Of a stretch of 64,000 bases of DNA, positions 9,805 to 18,981 are shown piece by piece. Location: the NCBI GenBank assembly GCA_019058275.1, contig JAHLVW010000053.1, positions 1 to 64,000 of the forward strand, in the 5' to 3' direction. Each line of letters starts with the position of its first letter. Positions within the stretch are counted from its first letter, which is position 1. A model generated the notes under the pieces. The model worked only from the letters and a program-made list of their open reading frames with translations. It made no database searches and had not been told where the DNA came from. A program made the translations under genes and the position numbers. Origin of the DNA: Candidatus Heimdallarchaeota archaeon (lineage in GTDB: Archaea; Asgardarchaeota; Heimdallarchaeia; JABLTI01).

Positions 9805-10743
9805 GTGAATTCGCTGGTGAAAAAGATAAAGTATGTAAAAGCTTGTCCATTTTTGCGAGACCTTGGTGATAGTTATCTTTGTGTCAATAACGACAAAGTT
9901 GAAGAGGTAGTTATGGATCCGCTAATAAGTATTGAATGGAGTGAAGAAATATCTCCTGTGGCGTCAGATACTGAAGGAATTACAACATGCTTATTTGTGC
10001 TTGACATTCAAGATGATGATAGATTATTTTGCATCAGTCGTAAAATGTATTTGAGTATGGATAAAAAAGAAATAAAATGGAATGATATAAGGGATGCAGT
10101 ATTTCTCCTAAATTTAGATCAGCAAAGCGAGGTACAAAACAATGACATCGACTTCTGTTCAACTTGTCTTTACAAAGTATTAATCGCTTCTAGTTCAGCA
10201 TTTCAATCAAAATTAACTTTTAAGGAAAAAATGAAACTCGGTTGGAGTTATATTTTAAACAAAGCAAATGAAATCTACTCAACAATAATCAAATTGAATA
10301 TTAGTTTAGCAAGTAGATCTGAAAACAAATTAACTTGTAATAAGGATAAACCAAAAGAAGTTATATTTAAACATCAAATAACTGCTTTTAATTGGATAGC
10401 TTGGATGATAGAAGATGAATTGTTCGATGAAGAATTTACTTCTCAAATATTTGAATGGCTCCAGAAATTTGATGAATGGGGATTGGTGGTATCAAAAATA
10501 GCTGATGCAGAAACAGATGAATTGAGGCTGGATTTCGTTGAACAATCGTATAGATTTGCTGCAAGGTTAAAGGAGATATCTTACGATTTGACAATGAAAA
10601 TCGTTTACTATAAGACCAATATCGCTGATGAAATTACTTCACACTTAAAAAATGTTGAACGAATTATCACAGTTGTAGGTGTACAATTTGAGGATTATAT
10701 GTTCATTTGCAATCAATTTTTAGAAATAATTAAAGAAAACTAG
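9805..10743 (+). CDS. Hypothetical protein, Cys-containing N-terminus and helical C-terminus
   Basis: 312 aa ORF, no recognisable family. Confidence 0.65.
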   Translation: MNSLVKKIKYVKACPFLRDLGDSYLCVNNDKVEEVVMDPLISIEWSEEISPVASDTEGITTCLFVLDIQDDDRLFCISRKMYLSMDKKEIKWNDIRDAVFLLNLDQQSEVQNNDIDFCSTCLYKVLIASSSAFQSKLTFKEKMKLGWSYILNKANEIYSTIIKLNISLASRSENKLTCNKDKPKEVIFKHQITAFNWIAWMIEDELFDEEFTSQIFEWLQKFDEWGLVVSKIADAETDELRLDFVEQSYRFAARLKEISYDLTMKIVYYKTNIADEITSHLKNVERIITVVGVQFEDYMFICNQFLEIIKEN

Positions 10744-11702
10744 AACTTCTTTACTATTCTAGTTCCAGCTTTATCTTTTAATGCAGCTAAAGCATCTTTT
10801 GAGGAAGTTATTATAGATAATCGCCCGCCATGTTCAATGAAACTGATGGCAGATTCAACTTTGGGTCTCATGCTTCCCTTTGCAAAATGACCTTCATCGA
10901 AAATTTCTTTCATTTCTTTAATCGAAATTTTATCTATTTTCTTTTGATTTTCTTTACCATAATTTAGGTATGCATTTGAAACATCTGTAAGAATCATAAG
11001 AATGTCAGCATCTATTTGTGTTGCTAAAACATCAGTCGCTCTATCCTTGTCAATTACTGCTTCTACATCAACAAAATTACCATTCTCTCGATCAACTGGA
11101 ATACCTCCACCACCAACAGCAATGACAATATCTCCTTCCTTTACACAACGTAAAATTGTATCGCCTTCTAAAATTTGTAATGGAATTGGTGATGAAACTA
11201 CTTTACGAAATCCTCTACCTGCATCATTGATATATGTGTCCTTTGTTTTTCTATGTAATTCAATTGCTTCTTCCTCTGTGTAAAAGGGACCAATTGGTTT
11301 TGTTGGTTCTTTGAAAGCAGGATCTTTATGATCAACGAGAGCACGTGTAATAATAGCCACAACACATTTATTGACAATTCCTTGATCAAAAAGCTGTTCT
11401 TCAAGTGCGGTTTGAATCATAAACCCAATTTGACCTTGTGACATTGCTCCGCAAACATTTAGCGGTTGTTCTGGAATACCTTCGATAACACCTGCTTTCT
11501 GCTGAACTAGGATATTACCAACTTGAGGGCCATTGCCATGTGTAAGTATGACGTCATAACCTTGCTTGATTATATCTACGATTACTTCTGTTGCTAAACG
11601 TAGATTTTTCATCTGTTGCTCATAGGTCATTGGTTGACCCTTTTGTAGGATCATATTTCCACCAAGAGCAATGGCAACTAGTTCTTTTGTCATGGTATGC
11701 AA
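10740..11702 (-). CDS. arcC: Carbamate kinase
   Basis: ALGGN, THGNGPQVG, PTKPIGPF, GGGGIP, EAVIDKD, GSMRPK. Confidence 0.95.
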   Translation of the reverse strand: MHTMTKELVAIALGGNMILQKGQPMTYEQQMKNLRLATEVIVDIIKQGYDVILTHGNGPQVGNILVQQKAGVIEGIPEQPLNVCGAMSQGQIGFMIQTALEEQLFDQGIVNKCVVAIITRALVDHKDPAFKEPTKPIGPFYTEEEAIELHRKTKDTYINDAGRGFRKVVSSPIPLQILEGDTILRCVKEGDIVIAVGGGGIPVDRENGNFVDVEAVIDKDRATDVLATQIDADILMILTDVSNAYLNYGKENQKKIDKISIKEMKEIFDEGHFAKGSMRPKVESAISFIEHGGRLSIITSSKDALAALKDKAGTRIVKKF

Positions 11703-11885
11703 ATCCCCATTCTGATTTCAATTTAGTCATAATTTAATGGTAAAGAGGTATTAGCATACTTTATTTTCTTTAAAAATTTTCTTAAAAAGAGGTAAAAATC
11801 AGAATTATTTACCAATAATTTAGTTAATTGCAAAAAGAAAATAAAGGTAAACCCCTAATATGTTGTTAACAGCTGGGATAGTCAA

Positions 11886-12725
11886 ATGGTTGAAGTTAAA
11901 CTAATAATTAAACAACTAGCTGATGCTAACGATAAAGAAACAAAAGTTAAGCTAATATCCCAACTTGGGAGTTTGGGTGATGAGGATGCTATTAGAATTC
12001 TCATTAGAAGCTTGAATCATGAAGAGGATATTGAGATTAAGAGTCATGCAGCAGATGCTTTAACAAAAATTGGTGGAAAGCAAACAACATTTTTACTTTT
12101 AAGGTCATTGAAAAATCACTCGTGGGTTACTAGAATGAAAGCTGCAGAAATTTTAGGAGAGTTACATAGCAGACTAGCACTACTACCACTTGTCAAGTTG
12201 TTGAAAAATGATCCAGAGACAAGTGTAAGAGAATGGTCAGTAATTTCTTTAGGGAAAATAGGTGATAAAAAAGCTGTAAAACCATTAATTACAGCGTTAG
12301 CAAAAGATCCTAATTGGGAAGTGCGAATGGAATCTGCAATTGCATTAGGATCCATAGGCGGTAAGAAAGCAAAAAATTCTCTCATTAAAGCATTTTATTC
12401 AGATTCTGTATATCGGGTGAGTTGGGCATCAGCATCTGCTCTTGCTATGATTAACGATGCAAATTCTAAAAAATTAATTAAAGAATTAACATCTGAATTA
12501 ACGAAAATATTGCAAACAGAAAAGGATGAAACTGTTCTCAGTGCTGCAGCAAAAACACTAGGGGAGATTGGAAATGAAATAGCAGCAAAAACTATGCTTA
12601 TTACCATGAAAGTAAGCAAAGAATTAGTTCGACTTGAAATCAATTTGGCACTAGGAAGAATGGCAAAACGATTTAACTACAAAAACAAAGAAGAGTTCAT
12701 TAAGAATATTCAAGTGAACAACTAA
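11886..12725 (+). CDS. HEAT/PBS-lyase repeat protein
   Basis: Repeated 'L..D....VR..AA.ALG.IG' units. Confidence 0.9.
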   Translation: MVEVKLIIKQLADANDKETKVKLISQLGSLGDEDAIRILIRSLNHEEDIEIKSHAADALTKIGGKQTTFLLLRSLKNHSWVTRMKAAEILGELHSRLALLPLVKLLKNDPETSVREWSVISLGKIGDKKAVKPLITALAKDPNWEVRMESAIALGSIGGKKAKNSLIKAFYSDSVYRVSWASASALAMINDANSKKLIKELTSELTKILQTEKDETVLSAAAKTLGEIGNEIAAKTMLITMKVSKELVRLEINLALGRMAKRFNYKNKEEFIKNIQVNN

Positions 12726-12831
12726 ATAAATAGACAAGATGTTTGAGAAAGGGAAATACTAGCGTATTTTGTGGTAATCACAGTCTTTTTAACTGGTAAG
12801 TGAGAAAAAATAGTAAGTGAGATGACTCCAA

Positions 12832-13854
12832 ATGGATGCGTCGAAGGTTTATTTCTACGATAATTTATCGAATTTAAAAGCAGGTGTAAATAAAATCTTT
12901 AAAATGATTGCTGATGAGGTTGACATAGAGGAAACAATGGGAATAAAAATCCATTTTGGCGAAGGGGATAATGATACACATGTAAATCCAAATCATCTAC
13001 GTGATGTAACAAAATATTTTAAAAAACCGGTGTTCGTTGAATGCAATGTTCTCTATCGAGGTAATCGTTTACGAAAGGATAGCCATCTGAAACAAGCTGC
13101 AGATCATGGCTTTGATTTTATAGAAATCGATATTTTAGATGGTGAAATGGGCGAAGATTATAGTGAAATAGAAATAGAAACTAAAAATACAAAGAAAGCA
13201 AAAATTGGTCGGGGTCTAAAGAAATACGATAATCTAATTTCTATTGCTCATTTTAAAGGTCATATTGTTTCAGGTTTTGGTGGAGCGTTAAAGAATGTTG
13301 GTATGGGACTAGGCTCTCGAGGTGGCAAATTAGATATGCATGCAGGAGTATCACCAAAGATTGATGAAGCTAACTGTATAGCATGTGGTTCATGTGCTGA
13401 ACAATGTCCTGCTGATGCAATAACAGTAGATAATTTTGCAGTCATAAATCAAGAAATATGCATAGGCTGTGCACAATGCATAGCAGTTTGTCCAGAAGGA
13501 GTTATTAAGATACCTTGGGGAACAAGACCAACAAATGAGTTTTTGGAGAAAATAGCTGAATATACTTTAGCTTGTGTTAAAGATAAAAATTGGTGGTATA
13601 TCAATTTCTTAACAGATATTACAATGAAATGTGATTGTGTAGGTTCAAAACAAGAACCATTTATGAAAGATATTGGTATTTTATTCTCAAAAGATCCAAT
13701 AGCGATAGAGAAAGCATCAATGAATCTAATAATTGAGAGAAATAATGGAGTAAATCCATTTAAGACACACAACAAGAACAGTATACACATTCTGAAATAT
13801 GGAGAGGAAATTGGTTTAGGTACAATGAAATATGAGCTTGAAAATGTGAAATAA
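12832..13854 (+). CDS. DUF362 family Fe-S protein with 2x[4Fe-4S] ferredoxin insert
   Basis: KIHFGE, HFKGH..SGFGGALKNVGMG, CIACGSC/CIGCAQC, CDC. Confidence 0.88.
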   Translation: MDASKVYFYDNLSNLKAGVNKIFKMIADEVDIEETMGIKIHFGEGDNDTHVNPNHLRDVTKYFKKPVFVECNVLYRGNRLRKDSHLKQAADHGFDFIEIDILDGEMGEDYSEIEIETKNTKKAKIGRGLKKYDNLISIAHFKGHIVSGFGGALKNVGMGLGSRGGKLDMHAGVSPKIDEANCIACGSCAEQCPADAITVDNFAVINQEICIGCAQCIAVCPEGVIKIPWGTRPTNEFLEKIAEYTLACVKDKNWWYINFLTDITMKCDCVGSKQEPFMKDIGILFSKDPIAIEKASMNLIIERNNGVNPFKTHNKNSIHILKYGEEIGLGTMKYELENVK

Positions 13855-13894
13855 CCAATAGCTTTTTCTTTTTTCTTTAATTGAAGGACTATTA

Positions 13895-14860
13895 ATGAAT
13901 GAAATTATTGCTGAAATTGATAAACAATCTATTACAGATATTGATGATAAATTAAAAAAAGCACGATTAGTTACGATCATCAGTTTAGTTTGTAATTTAA
14001 TTCTCGCAGGATTAAAAATAGGATTTAGTATCAAATCTGGCAGTTTGTCTTTATTAGCTGATGGTTTAGATTCAGCTCTTGATATTACAACTACAATATT
14101 TGGGTATGTAGCCATACAAATCGCTATTAGACCACCTGATAGTGATCACCATTTTGGACATGAAAAATTTGAAAATTTCTTTTCATTAGGAATAGCTATT
14201 ATCTTAGTTGCTTCTTCAGGAATAATTGGTTATCAAGCAATCAATAAGTTAATAGAAAGAATAGCATCAGAATTCTCTATTGCTAATGTAGCAATAGCAT
14301 CATCTAGCATTCTTCTAAAAGGATTTCTTGTTTGGTTAAATGTTTCAATTGGTAAACGAATTGAATCACCATCATTAATTGCAAATGGTAAAAATTTCAG
14401 AACAGATGTTCTAACATCAATAGCTGTACTTATTTCAGTTACCATTGGAGATAGATCAATTGGGACATTTGATTTGTTTTGGGTGGATCCAATCATTGCG
14501 TTAGGAATAAGCATCATAATAGTCATTACAGCAGTAATTATTGCCAAGGAATCAGCAGGAGTATTATTAGATCAAAGTCCAAGTGAGTCATTTATAAAAA
14601 AAGTTACTGAAATCACAAATAATCAAAAAGGTGTAAAGAAAACCGGTAATATTAGAGCTCGAAAGGTTGGTTCAAATATTTTCCTAGTAGATATTGATAT
14701 CTTTCTAGATCCTTGCTTAACAATTGAGGAAGGACATAAAATTGCTTGTCAAGTAGAAGATGTAATAAAAGAAAAACTACCAATAAAATACATTCAAACT
14801 CATGTGGAACCATATTACGAAGAAGAACACTTGAAAAGTAATCTTGAGGAAGAGCAATGA
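13895..14860 (+). CDS. Cation diffusion facilitator (FieF-like) transporter
   Basis: 'LLADGLDSALD', 'PPDSDHHFGHEKFE', 'FRTD', ZT dimerisation domain, 'HVEP'. Confidence 0.92.
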   Translation: MNEIIAEIDKQSITDIDDKLKKARLVTIISLVCNLILAGLKIGFSIKSGSLSLLADGLDSALDITTTIFGYVAIQIAIRPPDSDHHFGHEKFENFFSLGIAIILVASSGIIGYQAINKLIERIASEFSIANVAIASSSILLKGFLVWLNVSIGKRIESPSLIANGKNFRTDVLTSIAVLISVTIGDRSIGTFDLFWVDPIIALGISIIIVITAVIIAKESAGVLLDQSPSESFIKKVTEITNNQKGVKKTGNIRARKVGSNIFLVDIDIFLDPCLTIEEGHKIACQVEDVIKEKLPIKYIQTHVEPYYEEEHLKSNLEEEQ

Positions 14861-15165
14861 AAGTAGAAGGTAAAGAGGAGAATAATTCTGGATTGCAATT
14901 CAAATCATATTATCTAGTTTTGTTTGTTTTAGGAATTCTCATTATTTCAGCCAGTATTTTAGCTGCATCGATTTATTTATTCATAAGTCCAGGTGTAACA
15001 AGTGGAATTGTTTTTGCTCTTGTAATAATTCTACTATTAATCTCTCCAGTTACTATAGCAATTATTTTTTATTTTAAAAAGATTAAGGGTTACAAATCTG
15101 TGTCCAGTGAAAAGAAAAAAATAAAACTTGTTGAATCTGAAAGAATTGATTTAATAGATAATTGA
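14857..15165 (+). CDS. Small 2-TM membrane protein
   Basis: ATGA overlap with the CDF stop; two hydrophobic helices. Confidence 0.65.
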   Translation: MKVEGKEENNSGLQFKSYYLVLFVLGILIISASILAASIYLFISPGVTSGIVFALVIILLLISPVTIAIIFYFKKIKGYKSVSSEKKKIKLVESERIDLIDN

Positions 15166-15322
15166 GAATATAGCAACTGTCAGTTTTTAACAAATTTCTG
15201 TCTGTTAATTACATTGAAATCAAATTAGAAAATCTTTAATTACGATTTAAAGAAACAAATTATAAAACAATTTCAATCTATAAAAAGCGTTGATTACTAG
15301 CTATATAATGAGTTGATTAAAA

Positions 15323-17158
15323 TTGCAAAAATGTAATGTAAATTTCCTTTTGATATGGTTTGTTTTGGTATTAACGATACAATTCACAGTTGGCTTTAAA
15401 TCACTAGGAGGACAGTTTGATTTAAACAATCGACTGAATATAAGAGATAGTGTCTTACCTGTTAGTCAAATAGATGACCCAGAAAGAATCAATGATCAAA
15501 TTCTTATCCTCTTTGTTGATGGCATGAGATATGACAAAATGCTTGAAGCTAATACTCCAAACATGGATAAATTGATAGTTAATGGAACAGTTTTCTCAAA
15601 CTTTCGTTCAGAACTACCCAGTTATAGTTTAGTGAACTATGCTGCATTTTCCGCTGGCTCTACAACAAACATAACCAATGTTTTTGCAAATGGATATAAC
15701 AAGCAATTGGAAATACCTACTCTTTATAGCTTGATTGATAGTACTGATTTGAATAAAAGCCTAATTACAGGTGGAGATTCCTGGATTCGTTTTATCGGAA
15801 ACTATTCAGATGTAGTTGTCAAAGTTGAATCGGAATATCATTCATTAAAAGAAGGAGAAGCGGTTAGGAAAGCAGTTTTTGCAACTATTCCTGGAAATTT
15901 CAGCAAAGTACAATTCATAGGGTTTGAGGATGTTGATGCAGCAGGGCATGAATTTGGAGCTGCTTCTGATGTTTACATTGATACGATTGAAACAATTGAT
16001 GGTTATATTGGAGAAATACTTGATCTTTATGATTCGCTGGATCAATTGGAAAATACAACCATTGTTCTTTTTAGCGATCATGGACATGCTAACATAGGTG
16101 GTCATGGGGGAGAATCAAGTGATCAAACACATGTAACATTAGTTCTCTCAGGAAAAGGTGTAAGATATAAGGGATTGACATTTAGCGATAGAACATCAAT
16201 TAATGCTGTCACACCTACATTATTGAGTATTTTAGGAATTCCATTAGCACCAACTATGAATGGCAAGGTTCTATCTGAGCTAGTAGACACCTCAGAAAGC
16301 ACTAAAGCTATTTATGCAATACAAAAAGCTGAAATCATGAACCAACAATTCAATGCATCAATCAATTTGATAAATAGTTTATCAGCTTCAGCTAAGGAAA
16401 ACTATCACCTAGAAGTTTTAAATATCAAACTTAGAATAAACGAAGCTAAAAATGATTATGGAATTGCAAATTATAGTTCTGCATACGATAAGGGAGAATT
16501 CGCAGAGAAGTATGCAAGATTTTACTTGAGAACCCTTTATTTACAATTAAATTCAATTTTGAGATTAACTAAATCACTTCTATTTCTGGGATTAACTGCT
16601 GTCTGTTTATTTATTTTCTTTTACTTAAATAGAAAAGGAATCATTGATATTGGTCACCAAAAAGTTTTCAAAAGGACATTGATACTACAACAGCTTCTAG
16701 GAGCTTTTATTGCTATTTCTTTAGCTAATATTATTATGATATCTTTTGGAGCAGATTTTAGTGCAACTAGCTTTAATAGTGTAAGTCAAATAGTACCACC
16801 TATTTTAATATCATTTTTTGTATCAGCTTTTGTAGCAATATTCCTACCTTGGCTCTTCGTTTTTTTATTGAATAGAAAGGAAGGAGAAAAAAACACTTTC
16901 AAGGATTGGAAAAAACAGTTCATAAGATCATCAGTAGGGTCATTGTTTTTTGTTTCATTACCTGTTATTGGATACATCTTATATGCGATTATTGGATTTG
17001 GCCCTTGGCCTAGCTGGATTATACCTCCAATTGGCGATATATATGCAATAATGATAATAAGCATCCTCCCAGGTTTACTCTATATAGTAGCTATAATCTT
17101 AATGTTAGTATTGTGGAAAAATGAGAGAAAAGCAAAATCAGCTGATGGAGCTGTTTAA
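15323..17158 (+). CDS. Alkaline-phosphatase-superfamily membrane protein (phosphoethanolamine-transferase-like architecture)
   Basis: N-terminal signal/TM, 'VDGMRYD', 'PSYS', 'DAAGH', 'SDHGH...GGHGG', then about 5 C-terminal TMs. Confidence 0.8.
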   Translation: MQKCNVNFLLIWFVLVLTIQFTVGFKSLGGQFDLNNRLNIRDSVLPVSQIDDPERINDQILILFVDGMRYDKMLEANTPNMDKLIVNGTVFSNFRSELPSYSLVNYAAFSAGSTTNITNVFANGYNKQLEIPTLYSLIDSTDLNKSLITGGDSWIRFIGNYSDVVVKVESEYHSLKEGEAVRKAVFATIPGNFSKVQFIGFEDVDAAGHEFGAASDVYIDTIETIDGYIGEILDLYDSLDQLENTTIVLFSDHGHANIGGHGGESSDQTHVTLVLSGKGVRYKGLTFSDRTSINAVTPTLLSILGIPLAPTMNGKVLSELVDTSESTKAIYAIQKAEIMNQQFNASINLINSLSASAKENYHLEVLNIKLRINEAKNDYGIANYSSAYDKGEFAEKYARFYLRTLYLQLNSILRLTKSLLFLGLTAVCLFIFFYLNRKGIIDIGHQKVFKRTLILQQLLGAFIAISLANIIMISFGADFSATSFNSVSQIVPPILISFFVSAFVAIFLPWLFVFLLNRKEGEKNTFKDWKKQFIRSSVGSLFFVSLPVIGYILYAIIGFGPWPSWIIPPIGDIYAIMIISILPGLLYIVAIILMLVLWKNERKAKSADGAV

Positions 17159-17262
17159 TGAATAATAAATAGCTCTAATTTTTTCACCAAATTCTTTTTT
17201 AAAAAACAAAGAAACTATCAACCAAATAACTTTGGTGTAATACTATATTCAAACCTTTTTTT

Positions 17263-18828
17263 CTATTCCCATTCGATAGTAGCAGGAGGTTTAGAAGTTA
17301 TATCGTAAACTACACGATTTACTTTCTTAACTTCATTAATGATTCTATTAGATATAATTGCTAAAGTCTCATAGGGTATCTTAGACCAATCAGCTGTCAT
17401 TGCATCAACAGAATCAACTGACCTTAAAACAACAGTCCATTCATAGGTTCTGGAATCGCCCATTACTCCAACAGATTTCATAGGAAGCAAAACTGAGAAA
17501 CTTTGCCAATAATTATTATATTCTCCTCTCTTCTTTAATTCTTCAAGAAAGATAGCATCAACTTCCTTAAGAGTATCAAGTCGATCTTGTGTTAAATCTC
17601 CAAGAATTCTCACTGAAAGACCGGGACCGGGAAATGGATGACGATCAATTAATTCACTCGGGATTTTTAGTAATCGTCCCACTTTTCGAACTTCATCTTT
17701 ATACAATTCTTTCAATGGCTCTACAACTTTCAAAGACATTTTTTCTGGGAGAGCTACATTATGATGACTTTTTATTTTAGCAGCAGTTTTTGATGGTTGT
17801 GCAGATTCAATTCGATCAGGATAGATAGTTCCTTGAGCTAAAAATCCGAATGAACCAAATTTCTTCACAAGTACCTTTTCAAATTTCTCAAATGTCTCAA
17901 TGAATTTGTAGCCTACAATTTTCCTTTTTTCTTCGGGATCATGAACACTCTTTAATGCTTCAAGAAATTCCTTTCTTGCATCAATTTTGTAGAAATGCTT
18001 GAATTTTAGATCATCTTTGAAGTATTTTACAACTTGCTCTGGTTCATTCTTCCTCATAAAACCATGATCAACGAACACACAATGTAATTTATCTCCAATA
18101 CTTCTCTGAAGTAAAATTGCTGAAACAGTTGAATCGACACCCCCACTAACTCCAATAATAACACGATTATCACCAACAATCTGACGTATTTCTTCAACTT
18201 GATGTTCAATGTAACTTTCCATTGACCAATTCTTCTTGAGGTTACTAATGTTAAATAAGAAATTAGCGAAAAGTTGATTTCCATTATCAGTATGGACCAC
18301 TTCAGGATGGAATTGAAGACCAAAGATTTTTTTTCCTAAGTTCTCAAAAGCAGCTATTTCACAATTATCACTCGAAGCAGTAATAATGAAATCTTCTGGT
18401 AGCTCAGAAATTTTATCTCCATGAGACATCCAAACTTTGCTCTTTTCTGTAAACTCCTTAAACAAATGATCATTATTATTTATATCAATAATAGTTGAAC
18501 CATATTCTTTCTGATTTCCGGGAATTACTTTACCACCGAAATACTGGGAAATGAATTGATGACCATAACAAAGTCCTAGAATTGGAATATTATTTGTTAA
18601 AAGATACTCCATGACTTCATTAGATAATTTTGGAACCTTTTTTTCATAGACACTATTAGGTCCACCAGAAAAGATTATAGATTTAACATTGTTTTCTGCT
18701 AATTCTTTGGGAGTTGTATCCCAAGAAAAGATTTCAGAAAGTACTTCTAAATCTCTTACTCTTCTAACAATTAAATGGGTGTATTGTCCTCCAAAATCAA
18801 TTACTGCAACGATATTATCAATTGACAT
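17263..18828 (-). CDS. guaA: GMP synthase (glutamine-hydrolysing), fused GATase+ATPPase
   Basis: DFGGQY, GLCYG, QFHPEV, SGGVDS, KSHHN, PFPGPGL, KPPATIEWE. Confidence 0.97.
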   Translation of the reverse strand: MSIDNIVAVIDFGGQYTHLIVRRVRDLEVLSEIFSWDTTPKELAENNVKSIIFSGGPNSVYEKKVPKLSNEVMEYLLTNNIPILGLCYGHQFISQYFGGKVIPGNQKEYGSTIIDINNNDHLFKEFTEKSKVWMSHGDKISELPEDFIITASSDNCEIAAFENLGKKIFGLQFHPEVVHTDNGNQLFANFLFNISNLKKNWSMESYIEHQVEEIRQIVGDNRVIIGVSGGVDSTVSAILLQRSIGDKLHCVFVDHGFMRKNEPEQVVKYFKDDLKFKHFYKIDARKEFLEALKSVHDPEEKRKIVGYKFIETFEKFEKVLVKKFGSFGFLAQGTIYPDRIESAQPSKTAAKIKSHHNVALPEKMSLKVVEPLKELYKDEVRKVGRLLKIPSELIDRHPFPGPGLSVRILGDLTQDRLDTLKEVDAIFLEELKKRGEYNNYWQSFSVLLPMKSVGVMGDSRTYEWTVVLRSVDSVDAMTADWSKIPYETLAIISNRIINEVKKVNRVVYDITSKPPATIEWE

Positions 18829-18981
18829 TGTAAATGCTACCGATCTAAATGAGAAAATTCTCTTTAATAATTGTTCAGTTTACACAATTATGTTAATTTT
18901 ACAAGTATGAAATTTGCTAAATAACTTTGATTGAATCTAATCATAAATTCACTAACAAAAATTTTTGGTCTATTTACTTGC

